Under the pieces are notes generated by a model. It had not been told where the DNA came from, ran no database searches, and was given only the letters and a program-made list of their open reading frames with translations. Below are positions 15,994 through 18,265 of a DNA stretch of 18,265 bases, piece after piece (position 1 is the stretch's first letter; each line of letters opens with the position of its first letter). This DNA comes from Opitutales bacterium (lineage in GTDB: Bacteria > Verrucomicrobiota > Verrucomicrobiia > Opitutales > Coraliomargaritaceae), in the NCBI GenBank assembly GCA_049598495.1, contig JBMYNR010000034.1, forward strand, positions 1 through 18,265. The letters are read 5' to 3'. Both the position numbers and the translations under genes were made by a program.

Positions 15994-17172
15994 ATGAAAA
16001 TGATACTCGACGCGAATGAACGCAGCTTTCCTCCTTTCAGTCTCACCCGCTTGTTGACCACCTGTTTCGGTCGTGGCAATGGTGAGAAGGTTTGTATCCT
16101 GATCGATCTCCCGAATCCGGCCGATATTGAAGATTTTAGATTTCTAAACGACGAGACGCTCTCTATCCAAAACTATGGCCACGAGGTGTTCTACAAGGGC
16201 TTCAAGTCAGGCGCCCTGGAGGAGATGAACTGGACCGGCGGCGAGATCTTTGCTTACAAGGAAACCGGTGGTAGTAATCTTGATATGGAGGATGATTGTT
16301 ACGATCCGGACGGCAACCACCTGAGTTTGGACAAGGATATTTACACGGAATATGACATTATACTGACCGTCTCGACTTTCTCGGCGACTGCCCCCTTGAC
16401 GGCGAAATGCAAGGAGTTTGGCTTTCGTGGTGCCACGCTTCATGGCCTCAATCAGATCATTCTCGATACGGGTCTCTCTGTTGATTACGATGTCGTGAGT
16501 GAAGAGGCAGAAAAACTCCGCCTCGGCCTCACAAATGCCGACCGCTTTGAAATCGACTTCGAGGTGGAGAATAAGGTCTATACACTTGTGCTCCACACAA
16601 ACGGGCAAGAGGCCCAGAAAAGCCATGGCCTTTGCCCTCCGGGCAAGCCGGACGTTGCCAACCTTCCGGCTGGCGAGGTCTATTTCGTCCCTGAAAGCGC
16701 AGAGGGGGTCTTCCCGTTCAAATATGATGAGAGTACAATTGGCCTTCTACACGTCGAGGACGGCAAGATTGTTAAATCTCAGTTTGTTTACGGCGACTAC
16801 GCCGAAATTGAGGACCACAACCGCCGGTTGAAGGAAGATCCGATGATTGGTGCGCTCGGGGAACTGGGATTCGGCACTCAGGTGCTGCCATTCTCGGGCC
16901 GTGATATTCAGGATGAAAAGATTCTTGGTACGATTCACGTGGCAACCGGCCGCGATGACCACCTCGGCGGCAAGATTACACCCGATCTTTTTAAGGAGCA
17001 CAAGAATGCATCGCACGACGATGTTCTCTATGCCCCGCATAAGACGCCTGAGATTCGCCTTCGGCAGGCACGTATGATCCGTGGGGAGCAGACTGAGATT
17101 CTGATCGAGCACTACAAGCCATCAAAATACATGGTGGACCTGCTCGAGGCGGAGCTTCCGATCTTCGCCTAG
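15994..17172 (+). CDS. Peptidase M29 (aminopeptidase T)-fold metalloprotein, function unknown
   Basis: C-terminal metal-ligand motifs NLPAGEVY, LGELGFG, QDEKILGTIHVATG and SHDD. ATG 15994 (or 16000) preferred because the track GTG at 15955 lies inside the predicted promoter. Confidence 0.78.
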   Translation: MKMILDANERSFPPFSLTRLLTTCFGRGNGEKVCILIDLPNPADIEDFRFLNDETLSIQNYGHEVFYKGFKSGALEEMNWTGGEIFAYKETGGSNLDMEDDCYDPDGNHLSLDKDIYTEYDIILTVSTFSATAPLTAKCKEFGFRGATLHGLNQIILDTGLSVDYDVVSEEAEKLRLGLTNADRFEIDFEVENKVYTLVLHTNGQEAQKSHGLCPPGKPDVANLPAGEVYFVPESAEGVFPFKYDESTIGLLHVEDGKIVKSQFVYGDYAEIEDHNRRLKEDPMIGALGELGFGTQVLPFSGRDIQDEKILGTIHVATGRDDHLGGKITPDLFKEHKNASHDDVLYAPHKTPEIRLRQARMIRGEQTEILIEHYKPSKYMVDLLEAELPIFA

Positions 17173-17195
17173 AATACAGATTCGAAATAAACAAT

Positions 17196-17221
17196 GGCGG
17201 TCGGGAACGACCGCCTTTTTT
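17196..17221 (+). terminator. Intrinsic (Rho-independent) terminator
   Basis: GGCGGTCG-GGAA-CGACCGCC: a perfect 8-bp stem with a GNRA loop followed by TTTTTT, starting 23 nt after the stop at 17172. Confidence 0.85.
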
Positions 17222-17228
17222 ACACGAC

Positions 17229-17981
17229 ATGGACATAACCAATCCTTACGAGTCGGACGACTTACTGCAGCAGTATCTGGTTTTTCACTACGCAGAGGAC
17301 GATGAACAGTTCCCGTATCCCTTCGGAGGTGCCGACGCATTGGGTTTTCCGAAGCGCTGTGCACTTGAGGGTCCGGATCTTCAGACTCTGGCGGGCCGCT
17401 CCAGAGCACTTGACCTTGGCTGCTCGGTCGGCCGCTCGAGCTTCGAGTTGGCTCGTCATTTCGATGAAGTGATCGGCATCGACTATTCGCGGGCATTTAT
17501 TGACGCAGCGAATCGGCTTGCGGAGGGCGGGGTGCATCCGGCTACCCGCATGGATGAGGGCTCGGCCACCACCGAGCTGTTGGTTCAGGTTGATCCGGAA
17601 ATTGATCGCAGTCGTGTTCACTTCGAGCAGGGCGATGCGCAGGCGATTCGCGGGGATATCGGTCAATTTGATCTGGTGATCGCCTGCAACCTCATTTGCC
17701 GCCTCTCGGAGCCGATGCGGGTGCTCGGGCGGCTTCCCGGGCTGATCAAACCGGGCGGGCAGCTTTTCATGACGACCCCTTTCACTTGGCTAGAGGCATA
17801 CACGCCCTCTGAGAACTGGCTCGGCGACGGCGCCCAGGACTCTTTTGCAGGCCTACGTTCGGCTCTGGAACCACACTTCACTCTGGATAAGAAATGGGAT
17901 ATGCCCTTCCTGATCCGTGAACACGCCCGCAAGTTTCAATACAGTATCGCGCAGGCAAGCCGCTGGTGTAGAGCTGGGTAA
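17229..17981 (+). CDS. Stand-alone class I SAM methyltransferase homologous to the OvoA C-terminal domain (putative 4-mercaptohistidine N1-methyltransferase)
   Basis: Motifs NPYESDDLLQQYLVFHY, RALDLGCSVGRSSFELAR, GIDYS, FEQGDA, CNLICRL, TPFTWLEAYTP and PFLIREHARKFQ match the OvoA methyltransferase domain pattern. Confidence 0.85.
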   Translation: MDITNPYESDDLLQQYLVFHYAEDDEQFPYPFGGADALGFPKRCALEGPDLQTLAGRSRALDLGCSVGRSSFELARHFDEVIGIDYSRAFIDAANRLAEGGVHPATRMDEGSATTELLVQVDPEIDRSRVHFEQGDAQAIRGDIGQFDLVIACNLICRLSEPMRVLGRLPGLIKPGGQLFMTTPFTWLEAYTPSENWLGDGAQDSFAGLRSALEPHFTLDKKWDMPFLIREHARKFQYSIAQASRWCRAG

Positions 17982-18003
17982 TAAGTGCTTTGACTGCGCT
18001 TGG

Positions 18004-18103
18004 TGGAGCCACGGCGCTCTGTTGCCGTGTCGGCCTTTGGATGCGCCTCAACAGATCCGTCTTCGCTCCAAGAGCTACGCCGGGACATGGTGAGGCGGCT
18101 ACA
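18004..18103. repeat. Inverted REP-like doublet with a 34-nt palindromic element inserted in the second copy
   Basis: Copy 1 (+, 18004-18029) is TGGAGC-CACGGC-GC-TCTGTT-GCCGTG. Copy 2 (-, 18103-18044, omitting 18056-18089) is TGTAGC-CGCCTC-AC-TCTGTT-GAGGCG. Confidence 0.7.
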
Positions 18104-18145
18104 TACTCAGCCTAAGACACTCATGGAGGTAGCTAAAATTCCCGC

Positions 18146-18174
18146 TTGCGCCCGATGGTGGGCCAATGCAATCT
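18146..18174 (+). promoter_or_regulatory. Putative sigma70 promoter of rnpB
   Basis: TTGCGC (18146-18151), 17 nt, CAATCT (18169-18174). The predicted start near 18181 coincides with the expected 5' end of RNase P RNA. Confidence 0.6.
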
Positions 18175-18180
18175 ATGGTG

Positions 18181-18265
18181 TCGATTTCGGGGGTGGGCGT
18201 TCGCTTGGCTGCAAGGTTGAGAGGAAAGTCCGGACACCGAAGGGCAGAATTCCCTGTGAAAACGG
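18181..18265 (+). ncRNA. rnpB: RNase P RNA (bacterial, probably class A), 5' part only, truncated by the window end
   Basis: Universal GAGGAAAGTCCGGACACC motif at 18221-18238, preceded by a short P3-like hairpin CTTGGCT-GCAA-GGTTGAG and by GGGCGTTCGC (P2 5' strand). The 5' end is approximate. Confidence 0.93.

Noticed and set aside
17982..18180. tRNA or small ORF upstream of rnpB
   Set aside because: No cloverleaf or T-loop motif and no credible ORF. The structure is explained by REP-like repeats and the rnpB promoter.

Overview
Bacterial chromosomal window, GC roughly mid/high-50s % by eye. Protein styles, scarce Shine-Dalgarno sites and REP-like repeats suggest Verrucomicrobiota (Opitutia-like); this is inference. 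It holds 15 well-supported CDS plus the 5' part of the RNase P RNA gene. Minus strand: a glgA(GlgM-type)-glgE alpha-glucan pair, then dnaE-queE. Next come a secreted redoxin (+), a VanZ-family protein (-), and an FtsB/DivIC-like gene with a eukaryote-type UDP-HexNAc pyrophosphorylase and a phosphohexomutase (+). A convergent four-gene operon (-) encodes a PglC-like phosphoglycosyl transferase, an ACP, an SDR and a shortened adenylate-forming enzyme. The window ends with an M29-fold metalloprotein, a stand-alone OvoA-C-terminal-type methyltransferase and rnpB (+). No transposase, prophage, CRISPR array, tRNA or rRNA was seen. The best leads are: (1) the PGT-ACP-SDR-ANL operon as a candidate ACP-dependent glycan acyl-tailoring system; (2) a GlgM-GlgE route with no treS/mak nearby; (3) the orphan OvoA-type methyltransferase beside a Tyr-less M29-fold protein; (4) a covarying REP doublet carrying a nested second element; (5) a ~40-aa insertion in DnaE.
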